Shown here: positions 8,629 through 18,200 of the stretch, piece after piece
Position numbering within the stretch: position 1 is the stretch's first letter
How the letters are laid out: every line of letters starts with the position of its first letter
Source: Acidimicrobiales bacterium
GTDB lineage: Bacteria; Actinomycetota; Acidimicrobiia; Acidimicrobiales; VFJN01
DNA length: 63,202 nucleotides
NCBI GenBank assembly: GCA_046598715.1
Contig: JBKJIE010000130.1
Coordinates: 1-63,202 of the forward strand
Reading direction: 5' to 3'
Program-made: the position numbers and the translations under genes
The notes under the pieces: generated by a model
Told to the model about the DNA's origin: nothing
The model's database searches: none
Seen by the model: only the letters and a program-made list of their open reading frames with translations

Positions 8629-8967
8629 GTGCAGTCCTCCTCCCTTCGCTTCGCACGAGCCGTCCAGAGCCTCGGGGCCGCCGCGCGTGGCCTCGGCCTC
8701 GTGGTGCCGGGGTTCCGCAGCCCCCCACGGCTGGTCGGGGTGCAACGGTCGATCAAGCGCTGGCCCGGTGGCGCCACGGTCGCGGTGGTGGTGCGGGATC
8801 GGCCCTGGCCCGCCGTCCAGTCCGACCTCATCGAGGGGGTGATCGCTGCCAACGCGCTCGCGAGCCCGGCCGCCGACCGGGCCCGGGCCGAGCTGTGGCT
8901 CGCGCTCGACGGCGAAGGGAGCCCAGCCCCGTCGCGCACGCAGTCGTCGCGCGCTGAGGCGGCCTGA
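8629..8967 (+). CDS. Hypothetical protein (112 aa)
   Basis: GGAG upstream of GTG; protein-like sequence (VPGFRSPPR..VVVRDRPW..DLIEGVIAAN); fills the gap. Confidence 0.65.
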   Translation: MQSSSLRFARAVQSLGAAARGLGLVVPGFRSPPRLVGVQRSIKRWPGGATVAVVVRDRPWPAVQSDLIEGVIAANALASPAADRARAELWLALDGEGSPAPSRTQSSRAEAA

Positions 8968-8984
8968 CCGGTACCGTCCAGTCG

Positions 8985-9287
8985 ATGCGGTCGTGGCGCC
9001 TGCTGGCCTCGAGGCTGGCCATCAACGAGGTCGACGTCGATGTCGCGTACGCCGACGTGTTCGTGGTGCTCCGCGAGGGCGACGATCGGCCCGGTCCGAA
9101 CGACTGGGAGGCCACCATCCGCACGGCTGTGCGCCATCACCTACCTCCGGGCACCTACGAGCTGCGCGTCGACACGCCCGACGACCTCGTCCTGAGCGGC
9201 CACGCCATGCTCCGGTTCAGCGACGGCCATCAGCACCTGTTCCGCGGCGACGGCGACCTCGGTGGAGTCGACGCTGCCTTAACCTGA
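8985..9287 (+). CDS. Hypothetical protein (100 aa)
   Basis: TACCGT -10 7 nt before ATG; normal high-GC3 codon usage. Confidence 0.65.
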   Translation: MRSWRLLASRLAINEVDVDVAYADVFVVLREGDDRPGPNDWEATIRTAVRHHLPPGTYELRVDTPDDLVLSGHAMLRFSDGHQHLFRGDGDLGGVDAALT

Positions 9288-9297
9288 GCGAGCACCC

Positions 9298-9383
9298 GCC
9301 CGGGTGGCGCAACTGGTGGACGCGGAGGGCTTAAACCCCTCTGGCCCCTCGGGGCTGTGTGGGTTCGACTCCCACCCCGGGCA
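9298..9383 (+). tRNA. tRNA-Leu(UAA), reads TTA (bldA isoacceptor class); CCA not encoded
   Basis: Acceptor GCCCGGG/CCCGGGC + A; anticodon stem GAGGG/CCCTC with loop CT-TAA-AC (9332-9334); long variable arm; GGTTCGACTCC T-arm. Confidence 0.95.
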
Positions 9384-9822
9384 CGGGGACGCCCCCCAAC
9401 CGATGTACCCGGGCCTCGAGCTGGCGGAGGCTGGCCCGGTTGCGGAGCTGCGTGATGGGGGCGATCAGTGGGGCGAGCAATCGGAACAGGCCGATCGGGT
9501 GCTCCTCCATGGCGACCTCAGTGCCGCCGCCGAGCTTCTGGAGCTCGAAGGTGACCTTCCCGTGCACGATCGGCAGCGCTCGCACATCGAGCACCAATCG
9601 CTGCAGGGGCACCACGGCCACGGAGCGGGTCCGGTCGGCGATCCTGAACGGCCCGCCGAGGCCGACCTCGTGGTGGAAGGCAGTTCCCGGGGCGGGCCAG
9701 CCCGCGTCCACGTCCCGGATCCGCAACGCCCCGATCAGCCACCTCGGATAGGTGCGGACGTCGATCAGGGTCTCCCACACCTCGGTGAGCGTGGCGTCGA
9801 TCGTCACGTGCACGGTGCCCAT
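9331..9822 (-). CDS. SRPBCC/START-fold (polyketide cyclase-like) protein; 3' end runs antisense through the tRNA
   Basis: IDATLTEVWETLID..YPRWLIGA..DVDAGWPAPG..HHEVG pattern; first stop is at 9331-9333 inside the tRNA. Confidence 0.75.
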   Translation of the reverse strand: MGTVHVTIDATLTEVWETLIDVRTYPRWLIGALRIRDVDAGWPAPGTAFHHEVGLGGPFRIADRTRSVAVVPLQRLVLDVRALPIVHGKVTFELQKLGGGTEVAMEEHPIGLFRLLAPLIAPITQLRNRASLRQLEARVHRLGGVPVPGVGVEPTQPRGARGV

Positions 9823-9899
9823 GCAGGGGATCCTGCCCGCTCCTGATGTGTCCCAGACCCTGGGCGTCTGAACGCCCGGCGACTGGGTAGGTCGCATCC

Positions 9900-10934
9900 A
9901 TGACTGAGCTCGAGGCGTCGTTCGAGGTGATGCCGACGCCACTGCCGACGCCGCGCGGGCCGGTGTCCGAGCAGCTCCTCGAGCATCTTCGCCGCCCGGT
10001 GCACCAGCTCAGCCCACTGCCTGAGGTGAGCGGCAGCGCGCTGACAGATGACGACCTCGCGCTGGCGCTGTACTGCTGCTACGAGCTCCACTACCGCGGG
10101 CTGGCCGACGTGGATGAGGCTTGGGAGTGGGAGCCGACGTTGCTGCACGAGCGCAGGCGGCTCGAGCACCTGCTCATCGACGACGTGCTGGAGCTTGCGG
10201 GCCCGGTGCCGATCGGCCTCACGAGGGCAGCCACCACGGACGCTCTGCGCTCGCTGGCCCATGCAGGCGGTCCTCCGCTGTCGACGTACATCGCCGAGCG
10301 AGGAACCGTCGAGCAGGTGCGGGAGCTGGCCATCCACCGTTCCGCCTATCAGCTCAAGGAGGCAGACCCGCACACCTGGGCCATTCCGCGCCTCACCGGG
10401 CGGGCCAAGGCTGCGCTGGTGGACATTCAGATGGGTGAGTACGGCAACGGGCTGGCCGCCGAGGTGCACGCCACGCTCTTCGCCGATGTGCTCGACGAGC
10501 TCGGTCTCGATCCCACCTACGGCGCGTACGTCGATCTCCTCCCGGGCATCACCCTGACCACCTGCAACCTGGTCTCGATGTTCGGCCTGCACAGGAGCTG
10601 GCGGGCGGCACTGGTCGGGCATCTGGCCTTGTTCGAGATGTGCAGCGTGGGCCCGATGGGTCGCTACCAGGCGGCTCTCGAGCGGCTGGGGTTCGGCGAG
10701 CGTGCGACCCGCTTCTACGAGCGGCACGTGGTCGCCGACGTCCGACACCAGGACGTGGCCCTGCACGACATGGTGGGGGGACTCCTCGATGACGAGCCGC
10801 TGCTCGGCGGTGAGGTGGTGTTCGGGGCGAGGGCGCTGGCGACGGTCGAGCGCCTCTTCGCCCAGCACCTGCTCGACAGCTGGGCGGCGGGGCGCTCTTC
10901 GCTCCGTGCGCCTAGGGATGTCGGAGCAGCCTGA
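9900..10934 (+). CDS. Iron-containing redox enzyme family (heme-oxygenase-like diiron) protein
   Basis: YELHYRG, YQLKEADPH, GEYGNG..HATLF, LFEMCS, FYERHVVADVRHQ metal-ligand motifs. Confidence 0.85.
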   Translation: MTELEASFEVMPTPLPTPRGPVSEQLLEHLRRPVHQLSPLPEVSGSALTDDDLALALYCCYELHYRGLADVDEAWEWEPTLLHERRRLEHLLIDDVLELAGPVPIGLTRAATTDALRSLAHAGGPPLSTYIAERGTVEQVRELAIHRSAYQLKEADPHTWAIPRLTGRAKAALVDIQMGEYGNGLAAEVHATLFADVLDELGLDPTYGAYVDLLPGITLTTCNLVSMFGLHRSWRAALVGHLALFEMCSVGPMGRYQAALERLGFGERATRFYERHVVADVRHQDVALHDMVGGLLDDEPLLGGEVVFGARALATVERLFAQHLLDSWAAGRSSLRAPRDVGAA

Positions 10935-11898
10935 TGACCTGCTGCTCGAGCTCCTCGAGCGTCTCGACCTGCTCGGGCGCACGCAGCGTGCGATCTGCCT
11001 CGAACCTCTCCACGACGCGCGGGTCGATGTAGGCCGAGCGCGCCACCGCAGGCGTGTTGCCGAGGTGGGCAGCCACCTCAGCGGTGGCGTGGGCGACGGC
11101 TCGTTGTTGGTCGCGCTCGGTCTCAACGGCGGATTCGGACGCCAGCACAACCGCCGCCAGCACCGTCCCTGCCCACGTGCGGAAGTCCTTGGCCGAGAAC
11201 TCCGTCCCGAGGTGCTCCTTCAAGTAGTCGTTGATGTCCTGCGAGCGGATGTCGACCCACCCGGTCTCACCGCGGTACGCGAGCAGCTCCGCATCGGGGG
11301 CGGCGCGTCGGCGGCGGAGGGTGACGAGGACCTCGGTCACCTCGGGGTCGACCACCTCGCAGCGGCGGCGCTGGCCGCTCTTGGCATCGAAGTCGAACCG
11401 TACGGTGTCGCGGCGGAGCTTCACGTGCTGCTTCTGGAGCGTGGCGAGGCCGAAGGTCCCGTTTTCCTTCGCATACGTCTCCCCGCCGACGCGGAAGAAC
11501 CCGAGCTCGAGCAACCGCGTCGCGCAGGCGAGCACTCGGGCCTTGGGCATGCCGTCGAGGGCGAGGTCGTGCGCAACCTGTGCCCGGAGGGCCGGGAGCG
11601 CCCGGGCGAACCGGAGCATGCGCTCGAACTTCTCCCGCGACCGCTTGTCGTGCCAGTGCTGGTGGTACAGGTACTGACGACGCCCCCTGGCGTCGATGCC
11701 CGTGGCCTGGATGTGTCCCTTGGGGTCGGAGCAGATCCACACGTCTGACCACGCAGGGGGGATCGCGAGCGCTCGGATGCGGTCCACGACCTCGGGGTCG
11801 TCGATGCGGCGGCCCGCTGCGTCGCGGTAGAAGAAGCCGCGCCCGGCGCCGATCCGCGCGATTCCGGGTGCGTTGCAGTCGATCTCGCGCACCCGCAT
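10912..11898 (-). CDS. Bacterial DNA topoisomerase IB (poxvirus-like)
   Basis: IPPAWSDVWI, GHIQATGIDARGRRQYLY, FRVGGE.Y, AKSG, SAKDFRTW, LGNTPAVARSAYIDP catalytic motifs. Confidence 0.93.
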   Translation of the reverse strand: MRVREIDCNAPGIARIGAGRGFFYRDAAGRRIDDPEVVDRIRALAIPPAWSDVWICSDPKGHIQATGIDARGRRQYLYHQHWHDKRSREKFERMLRFARALPALRAQVAHDLALDGMPKARVLACATRLLELGFFRVGGETYAKENGTFGLATLQKQHVKLRRDTVRFDFDAKSGQRRRCEVVDPEVTEVLVTLRRRRAAPDAELLAYRGETGWVDIRSQDINDYLKEHLGTEFSAKDFRTWAGTVLAAVVLASESAVETERDQQRAVAHATAEVAAHLGNTPAVARSAYIDPRVVERFEADRTLRAPEQVETLEELEQQVIRLLRHP

Positions 11899-12039
11899 AG
11901 CGCTGCGTTACCCCGTCGGCTGCCGGCCCAGACCGGGCCGGCAGCGTCTGCTCGCAGCGCTGGGTATACGGTGACAGGTGACACGACAAGAGGACCCTGG
12001 TAGCGCCTCATCTGCAGCACCCGATGCCAGGAGAGAGCC

Positions 12040-12618
12040 ATGGCTTCAGCCACCCACCTCCGCGGTGAGGCATCGTTCACTGGTCTCGACACCGATCGCA
12101 CGGTCGTCTGGCTGCGCGGTGAGCACGACCTCGCTACGGTTGCCGAGCTGGCCGAGACCCTGGCGCGGGCCATCGCCATCGACGACGCGGACCTCGTCGT
12201 GGACCTGAGCGATGTCGAGTTCATGGACGCGTCCACGGTCCGGCTGATTGTCGGCACCCGCGACTTCCTCCGGACGCGCACGCGGACGCTGGGCGTGCGA
12301 GCGCCGTTGGATTGCGCGCGGCTGGTGCTTGATCGCTGTGGGCTGAGCAACCTGGTCGAGCCCCACCCGGCCGTCGCCAAGCAGGCCAAGCGGGCCAAGC
12401 ACACCGAGCACCTCACGGGAACGACGGGTGCCCTGGCTACATGGGTGCGGGTGCCAGTCGCCGAGCCACCAAGGGTGCAACAGCTGCGTCCGGACGATGA
12501 ACCCGCTGGAGCGCAGGAGCCCCGCTCGAATCACGGTCCCCACGACCGCCGAACAGACGGGGTCGCGGGTCCCCACGACCGCCGAACAGACGGGGTCGCT
12601 CGCACCGCGCCAGAGTGA
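12040..12618 (+). CDS. STAS-domain (anti-sigma-factor antagonist-like) protein with disordered tail
   Basis: VVWLRGEHDLAT, LVVDLSDVEFMDAS; GGAGAG RBS. Confidence 0.8.
   Translation: MASATHLRGEASFTGLDTDRTVVWLRGEHDLATVAELAETLARAIAIDDADLVVDLSDVEFMDASTVRLIVGTRDFLRTRTRTLGVRAPLDCARLVLDRCGLSNLVEPHPAVAKQAKRAKHTEHLTGTTGALATWVRVPVAEPPRVQQLRPDDEPAGAQEPRSNHGPHDRRTDGVAGPHDRRTDGVARTAPE
12535..12599. repeat. 33-bp in-frame tandem duplication (2 copies) in STAS gene tail
   Basis: ggtccccacgaccgccgaacagacggggtcgc at 12535 and 12568 (GPHDRRTDGVA x2). Confidence 0.95.
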
Positions 12619-12662
12619 TGCGTGACGGACCCAATCAGACCGATCACCAGGGGCGCTGAGCC

Positions 12663-12866
12663 ATGCCCGGTCCCCGACGCCAGCGGATCCTTGCGCAGCT
12701 CGCCGGACCCACGCCGCCCGGCCAGTTCGCGTCCGAGCTCGAGGCCAGGGCGAACTTCCACTACGTGGTGCATCAGGCATCGGGCATGGTGGCCGCACAG
12801 CTCGACCTCAGCGTCGGGCAGGCCTTCATCCGCCTGCGTGCCCATGCGTTCGGCAACGATCGCCCC
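12663..12866 (+). pseudogene. Remnant of GAF-ANTAR gene 1 (GAF missing, end truncated)
   Basis: About 20 N-terminal residues join directly to ANTAR VVHQASGMVAAQLDLSVGQAFIRLRAHAFGNDRP, after which similarity is lost. Confidence 0.65.
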
Positions 12867-13258
12867 AGTCGGTGCATGCGCTGCCGATGCGGTTGCGAGG
12901 CACGACGATCGGGGCACTCAACCTCTTCAACGCACATACCGGTGCGCTGGACGAGGCCGACGTCGAGATCGCTCAAGCCTTGGCCGATGTGGCAACGATC
13001 GCCATCCTCCAGCACCGCGCTGCGATCGAATCGCAGGTGGTCAACGACCAGCTCAACAACGCCCTCAACACGCGCGTCGTCATCGAGCAGGCCAAAGGGA
13101 TGGTCGCCGAGCGCGAGAGCCTCGACATGGAGGCGTCGTTCGCCCGGTTGCGCCTGTACGCGCGGAACCACAACCTCCGGTTGGCCGACGTCGGCGAGGC
13201 CGTGATCTCCGGCGCCCTGGGCGCGTCGGCACTCGATCATCCCGGCGACCGGCGCTAG
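12866..13258 (+). pseudogene. C-terminal part of GAF-ANTAR gene 2 (N-terminus missing)
   Basis: SVHALPMRLRG..IGALNLF..AQALADVATI..LNTRVVIEQAKGMVAER..F..LR.YAR; begins mid-GAF. Confidence 0.7.
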
Positions 13259-14127
13259 GAGCGGGCGATGACGTCCTCGCCGTACTTGGCGAAGGCCGTG
13301 CGCTGGCCTTCCGGGTCATAGGCGAGGGGCGGCACGATCACCCGAGACACGCCAAGGTCGCCGAGTGCCTTCACCTCGTCGAGTGCCTTGCTGCCCAGCG
13401 CGCCGTTGCCTCCTGCGCTGATCTCGATGGCATCGGGGTCGCGCCCGTGCTCGACAGCCGTGGCCTTCATGACCGCGATGAGCTCGGCCAGCGCTTCGTG
13501 GCTGCCGCGGCCGGGGAAGAAGCCGTCGCCGAGTCGGCCCGCCCGGCGCGCTGCCACCTTGCTGTGCCCACCCACGACGATGGGCACCGAGCCCTGGGTG
13601 GGCCGGGGACGGGAGATGGCGCCGTCGAACGAGGAGTGGGTTCCGTGGTGGCTGGCGGCGTCCTGGGTCCACAACGCTCGCAGCGCCGCAATGTGATCGT
13701 CGGTGCGGGCGCCGCGATCGGCAAAGGAGATGCCCAGGGCGTCGAACTCCTCCTCGAGCCACCCCACGCCGACGCCGAGCTCCACCCGTCCGCCGGAGAG
13801 CCGGTCGAGGGTGGCCACCTCCTTGGCGAGGACGATCGGGTTTCGCTGCGGGAGGATGAGGATGCCGGTGCCGAGCCTGATGGTCGATGTCGATGCAGCC
13901 ACATAGGTGAGCCAGATCAGCGGGTCGGGGATGTCAGAGTCTTCTGGGCCCGGCATCTTGCCGGTGGGGCTGTAGGGGTAGGGCGACTGGTAGCCGGCGG
14001 GCACGATCGTGTGCTCGACCGTCCACAGGGACTCGAAGCCGCCCGCCTCAGCGGCTTGGGCGAGCGCGACCGCTCCCTCCGCGTAGGCCATCGGTCCAAC
14101 GTTCGCGAACGCCACTCCGAACTTCAT
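13255..14127 (-). CDS. LLM-class (probably F420-dependent) oxidoreductase
   Basis: GFESLWTVEH, DPLIWL, RLGTGIL, LAKEVATLDRLSGGR; start ATG 14127 or GTG 14133. Confidence 0.9.
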   Translation of the reverse strand: MKFGVAFANVGPMAYAEGAVALAQAAEAGGFESLWTVEHTIVPAGYQSPYPYSPTGKMPGPEDSDIPDPLIWLTYVAASTSTIRLGTGILILPQRNPIVLAKEVATLDRLSGGRVELGVGVGWLEEEFDALGISFADRGARTDDHIAALRALWTQDAASHHGTHSSFDGAISRPRPTQGSVPIVVGGHSKVAARRAGRLGDGFFPGRGSHEALAELIAVMKATAVEHGRDPDAIEISAGGNGALGSKALDEVKALGDLGVSRVIVPPLAYDPEGQRTAFAKYGEDVIARS

Positions 14128-14197
14128 CGCCACAGGTCCTCCATCGACTCAGGTCCTCCATGGCCACAGCTCCATCATCTGACGGAGCGCGGTGAAC

Positions 14198-15250
14198 CTA
14201 CAGCCGTGGCGCGGGGCCGGACCGAGTGCGGGCAAAGCGCCCCAGGCCAGCGGACTCAGTGGGCGCGCTCGGCGGCACCGCCACTCCGCCGGCGGCGCCG
14301 TCCCTTGTGCCGTCGCCGAAGGTGCCGAGGCGACGCGGCGCGGGCACGGGCAGCTGGGCTGACCAGAGGAGGGCACCCCCGCAGAGCATCAGCACCAGCG
14401 CAGCCAGGCCCTTGTGCTCGACGACGGTCGACGCCGGTGTGGCCTGCAGAGGAGCGTTGCGCCCTTGGGCGATCGGAGCGGTGGCGGTCAACCCCTGGTC
14501 GGCTTCGGGCAGGGCTGGGGTGAAGGTGGCCGCCGGATCGATCGGCGGAGCAGAGAAGTCGCCGCCAACGGCAGGCGGGTCAAACGAGCCGGCATCGGTG
14601 GGAGTGAACGCTGGTGCGCCGAAGTCCGGGAGGGTGAAGTCGCCACCGCCACCGCTACCGCCGCTCGTGGTAGCCAGCGAGGCGGCCGTCGGCGCGTTGA
14701 AGGCGAGCTGGAAGACCGAACCGTTCGCACCCTCGGGCCGACTGGGGTCGATGCCGGGCACGAGGGTGATGTCGAGGATCCCATCGGAGAGGAGAGGGGC
14801 CAGAGCGAACGTCCACGACGTCTTGTCGTCACTGCGCAGGCCGTTGACGGAGCCCTTTGCGCATGCGGGGAACGGCTTGTCCGCCCAGCGGCCACCGCTG
14901 GCGGTCTGCCACGCCGATCCGGTCACGCAGGCGGCCAAGATGGCGGTGTCGCCGCCCTGGTCGCCGTTGTCGGCCACTGACAGCGTGAGCACGGGGGCGC
15001 TCTCGTCGTCGCCCAGATCGAAGTGCAGCGCCGCGATCGCGGTGGCGCCGTCGGCTGCGCCCGCCACCATCAGTCCACCGGCGGGGACCGTCGGGGGCGC
15101 GGGAAGGGGCGTCGGCAGCGCGCCGTCGTTCACGCGCCACCACCAGCCGGTCTGGGTGAGCGTTGAGGCGCCGGCCCCGACCGGCACCAGGGCGAGCAGG
15201 GCGGCACCGGCGAGCAGCGCCACCCCCAGCACGGTTCGTGCGCGCTTCAT
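14198..15250 (-). CDS. Secreted, membrane-anchored hypothetical protein (last gene of the transport operon)
   Basis: Signal peptide (MKRARTVLGVALLAG..AGA), GWWW motif, two Cys, Pro/Gly linker, C-terminal TM (GLAALVLMLCGGALLW); ATGA overlap with upstream stop. Confidence 0.75.
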   Translation of the reverse strand: MKRARTVLGVALLAGAALLALVPVGAGASTLTQTGWWWRVNDGALPTPLPAPPTVPAGGLMVAGAADGATAIAALHFDLGDDESAPVLTLSVADNGDQGGDTAILAACVTGSAWQTASGGRWADKPFPACAKGSVNGLRSDDKTSWTFALAPLLSDGILDITLVPGIDPSRPEGANGSVFQLAFNAPTAASLATTSGGSGGGGDFTLPDFGAPAFTPTDAGSFDPPAVGGDFSAPPIDPAATFTPALPEADQGLTATAPIAQGRNAPLQATPASTVVEHKGLAALVLMLCGGALLWSAQLPVPAPRRLGTFGDGTRDGAAGGVAVPPSAPTESAGLGRFARTRSGPAPRL

Positions 15251-18200
15251 CGAGTCTCCTCCGTCGCGGCGACGAGCGGCTTGGCTCGGTTGCCGTTGCC
15301 ATTGGCCGCGCCGTTTCCCGTTGCCTTGTCTGTCGCCTTGGGCTTCGCCTTGCGGGCAGGCGACGGGTCGGTTGGTGCCGATGCTCCCGACCGGTTGATG
15401 ACGGCGAGGTCGCCGCCGAGGTACGACGAGACGACCCGCGGATCGGTGGTGACCTCGTGCGGCGTGCCCTCCACGATGGGGTGGCCCAGCTCGAGGGCGA
15501 TCATCCGGTCGGAGATCCCCGTGATGAGCGGCATGTCGTGCTCGATGACGAGCAGAGCGCACCCGGTTTCCGACTGGATGCGCTCGAGGAGCGGTCCGAG
15601 TGCCTCGGTCTCCTTCTGGGCGATGCCGGACGAGGGCTCGTCGAGGAGGAGCACCTTGGGGTCGTGCGCGATGCACATGGCCAGGTCGACGATGCGACGC
15701 GAGCCCGTGGAGAGCTCGCGCACGAACTTGTCGCGATAGGCGCCGAGGTGCATGAGCTCGACGAGGTCGGCGACCGTCCACGCCACGTCCTCTTCGAGCC
15801 GCACCACGCCCGGAAGGGAGAGCAGCGAGGCGAAGTGGTCGCGCACGTCGAGATGGCGTTCGAGGCCGAGAGCCAGGTTCTCCGCGACCGTGAGCGAGGG
15901 CACGAGGCGGGCATCCTGGAACGACCGGCCCAACCCGAGGCTGGCGCGACGGTCGGGGCTGTGGTTCGTGACGTCGATGCCATCGAAGCTGATCGCACCG
16001 GCGTCGAGCTTCGTGAAGCCGGAGATGAGGTCGAAGATCGTGGTCTTGCCGGCGCCGTTCGGGCCGATGAGCCCGAGGATCTCGCCCTCTCGCAGGAGGA
16101 AGCTCGTGTCGTCGACTGCTTGGATGCCGCCGAAGCGCTTGGACAGACCATCCACCTCGAGGACCACGGGACGGGCATCGATCTCCTCGGCGCCCTCCGT
16201 ACGGGCCGTGACGGTCGACCGCTTCTCTCCCTTGGCCACGGCGGCGCCGTCGAGGAACACGGAGCGGACGATGTCGTCCCGCTGGATCAGCTCCGCGGTC
16301 GGGCCTTCGAACCGAACCTCACCCTTCTCCATGAAGTACGCCCGCTCGGCCAGCGTGAGCGCCACGTTGATCGACTGCTCCACGAGCAGGATGGCCGTGC
16401 CACTTCGTTGGATCTTGCGCACGACCTCGAGGAGCTGTTCGACGATGGTGGGTGCGAGGCCGAGGGAGAGCTCGTCGATGATGAGGAGCTTCGGCTTGGC
16501 GATGAACGCCATCCCGAGCGCCAGCATCTGCTGCTCGCCACCGGAGAGGTTGCCGGCCATCTGGTCGATCCGCTCCCGCAGCCGCGGGAACAGCTCGTAC
16601 ACCTCGGCCGTCGTCGCCTCGAGGTGGCCGGGATCGTCGCGGTAGAGCCACCCCGCGGCCCGCAGGTGCTCGGCGACGGTGAGGGTGGGGAACACGGCCT
16701 TGCCGCCGGGTACCTGCACGATGCCCAGGGCCGCGGTCTGACCGGGGTCGGCGTGGGTGATGTCGCGGCCGTTGAAGAAGATGGCGCCGCCCATCGGGTC
16801 AGTGGTGCCGCTGATGGCCCGCAAGAGGGTTGACTTGCCCGCGCCGTTCGTGCCGAGCAGGGCGACGATCTCGCCGGGCAGCACCTCGAGGTCGACGCCG
16901 AACAGCACCTGCACCTGGCCGTAGGCCACCTCCACGCCGCGGCAGGTGAGCAGTGCGCTCTCGTCGCCCCGCTCGAGGCGTGATCGTCGGAGCTCGGCAG
17001 CCAATCCGAGCTGACTCATCGATCGGGTGACGTCGTCGGTCACGAACTTGTGTGCCGATCGCAGCACCAGGCCGCCGATCAACCAGTACGGCACCGTGAC
17101 GAAGAGGCCCCAACGCAGCCCGTGCGTGTCAGAGATCTTGGCGATGCCGGGGAGGAAGTAGAGCAGCCACACGCCCACGACGATGAAGAGCGACCCGAAG
17201 CTGAACGACAACGTGCGAACCCTCGCCGGGGACACGAGCGCCTGCGTGGCGTAGAAGGGCGGGAAGAACACCCCGGCCACGAAGCTCGTCACCATCCCGA
17301 GCACGATGAACAGACCCAACCAGGGGCTGGCAGCCACCAAGGCGAGGCCGACGCCGACGCCAACGAGCGCGAGGCCGGCCTTCTTCACCGGTTCGCCGAG
17401 GCCCTCGCCGATCCAACGCATCGTCCACTTGCCCGACATCTGGATGCCGGCGAACGTCGCGGCGGCGTTGAGTGCGGAGATCACGCCGCGCCCCAGCTCG
17501 TTCACGCCGAACACCCGGTCGAGGAAGAGCGGGAGCAGGTAAGCGAGCGGGATGAGGCCGGCGCCGATGAACACCCAGGCCAGGAACTGGCGCCGCAGGG
17601 TCTTCACGTTGGCGATGATCGCTCTGGCCTCGCGGAAGGGGACCGGGTCCTCCTTCTCGAGGTCGAGGGCGGCATCGGGGTCGTCGGTGCCGCCGCGCAC
17701 CGGGTCCTTGAGCTTGGTGGCCCCGACGAGCGCCGTGATGACGATGGGCCCGATGAGGACCAGGAACGCAAACCGCCAGCCGAACAGCGCAGCGGCGATG
17801 CCGGCCAGCGCGGAGCCCACGATCGAGCCCACGTAGATGGCATTGCGGTGGGCCGCGAACACGCGTGGTCGGTCGAAGGGCTTGTAGTAGTCGGCCAGCA
17901 GCGAGTTGTGGATCGAGTCGTTCATCAGGCGGCCGATGCCGTTGCCGAGGCGGGCCAGGATGAGGAACCCGATGAGCGGCGCGAGGCCGGTGAAGAAGCT
18001 GAAGACGCCGGCGATGATGGCGCCGGTGATCACGAGGTTGCGGCGAGGCAGACGGTCGCCGTAGTAGCCCACGGGGACCGCGAGGAGCAGCACCACGGTG
18101 AGGTTGGTGACCACGAGCAGGCCGAAGGCCGTGTCGGTGAGGTGGAACGCCTCCTTGATGTTGGGCGCCAGCACGTTGAACGCGGCGGTGTCGAACTCGT

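Noticed and set aside
9304-9846. 180-aa plus-strand ORF starting in the tRNA
   Set aside because: Translation of tRNA sequence and the antisense strand of the SRPBCC gene
12535-12599. 33-bp repeat as a mini-CRISPR
   Set aside because: Two copies are directly adjacent with no spacer and are in frame within a CDS
9298-13258. Integrative element or prophage at tRNA-Leu
   Set aside because: No integrase, phage genes or duplicated tRNA 3' end seen; the only tyrosine-nucleophile enzyme has TopIB motifs
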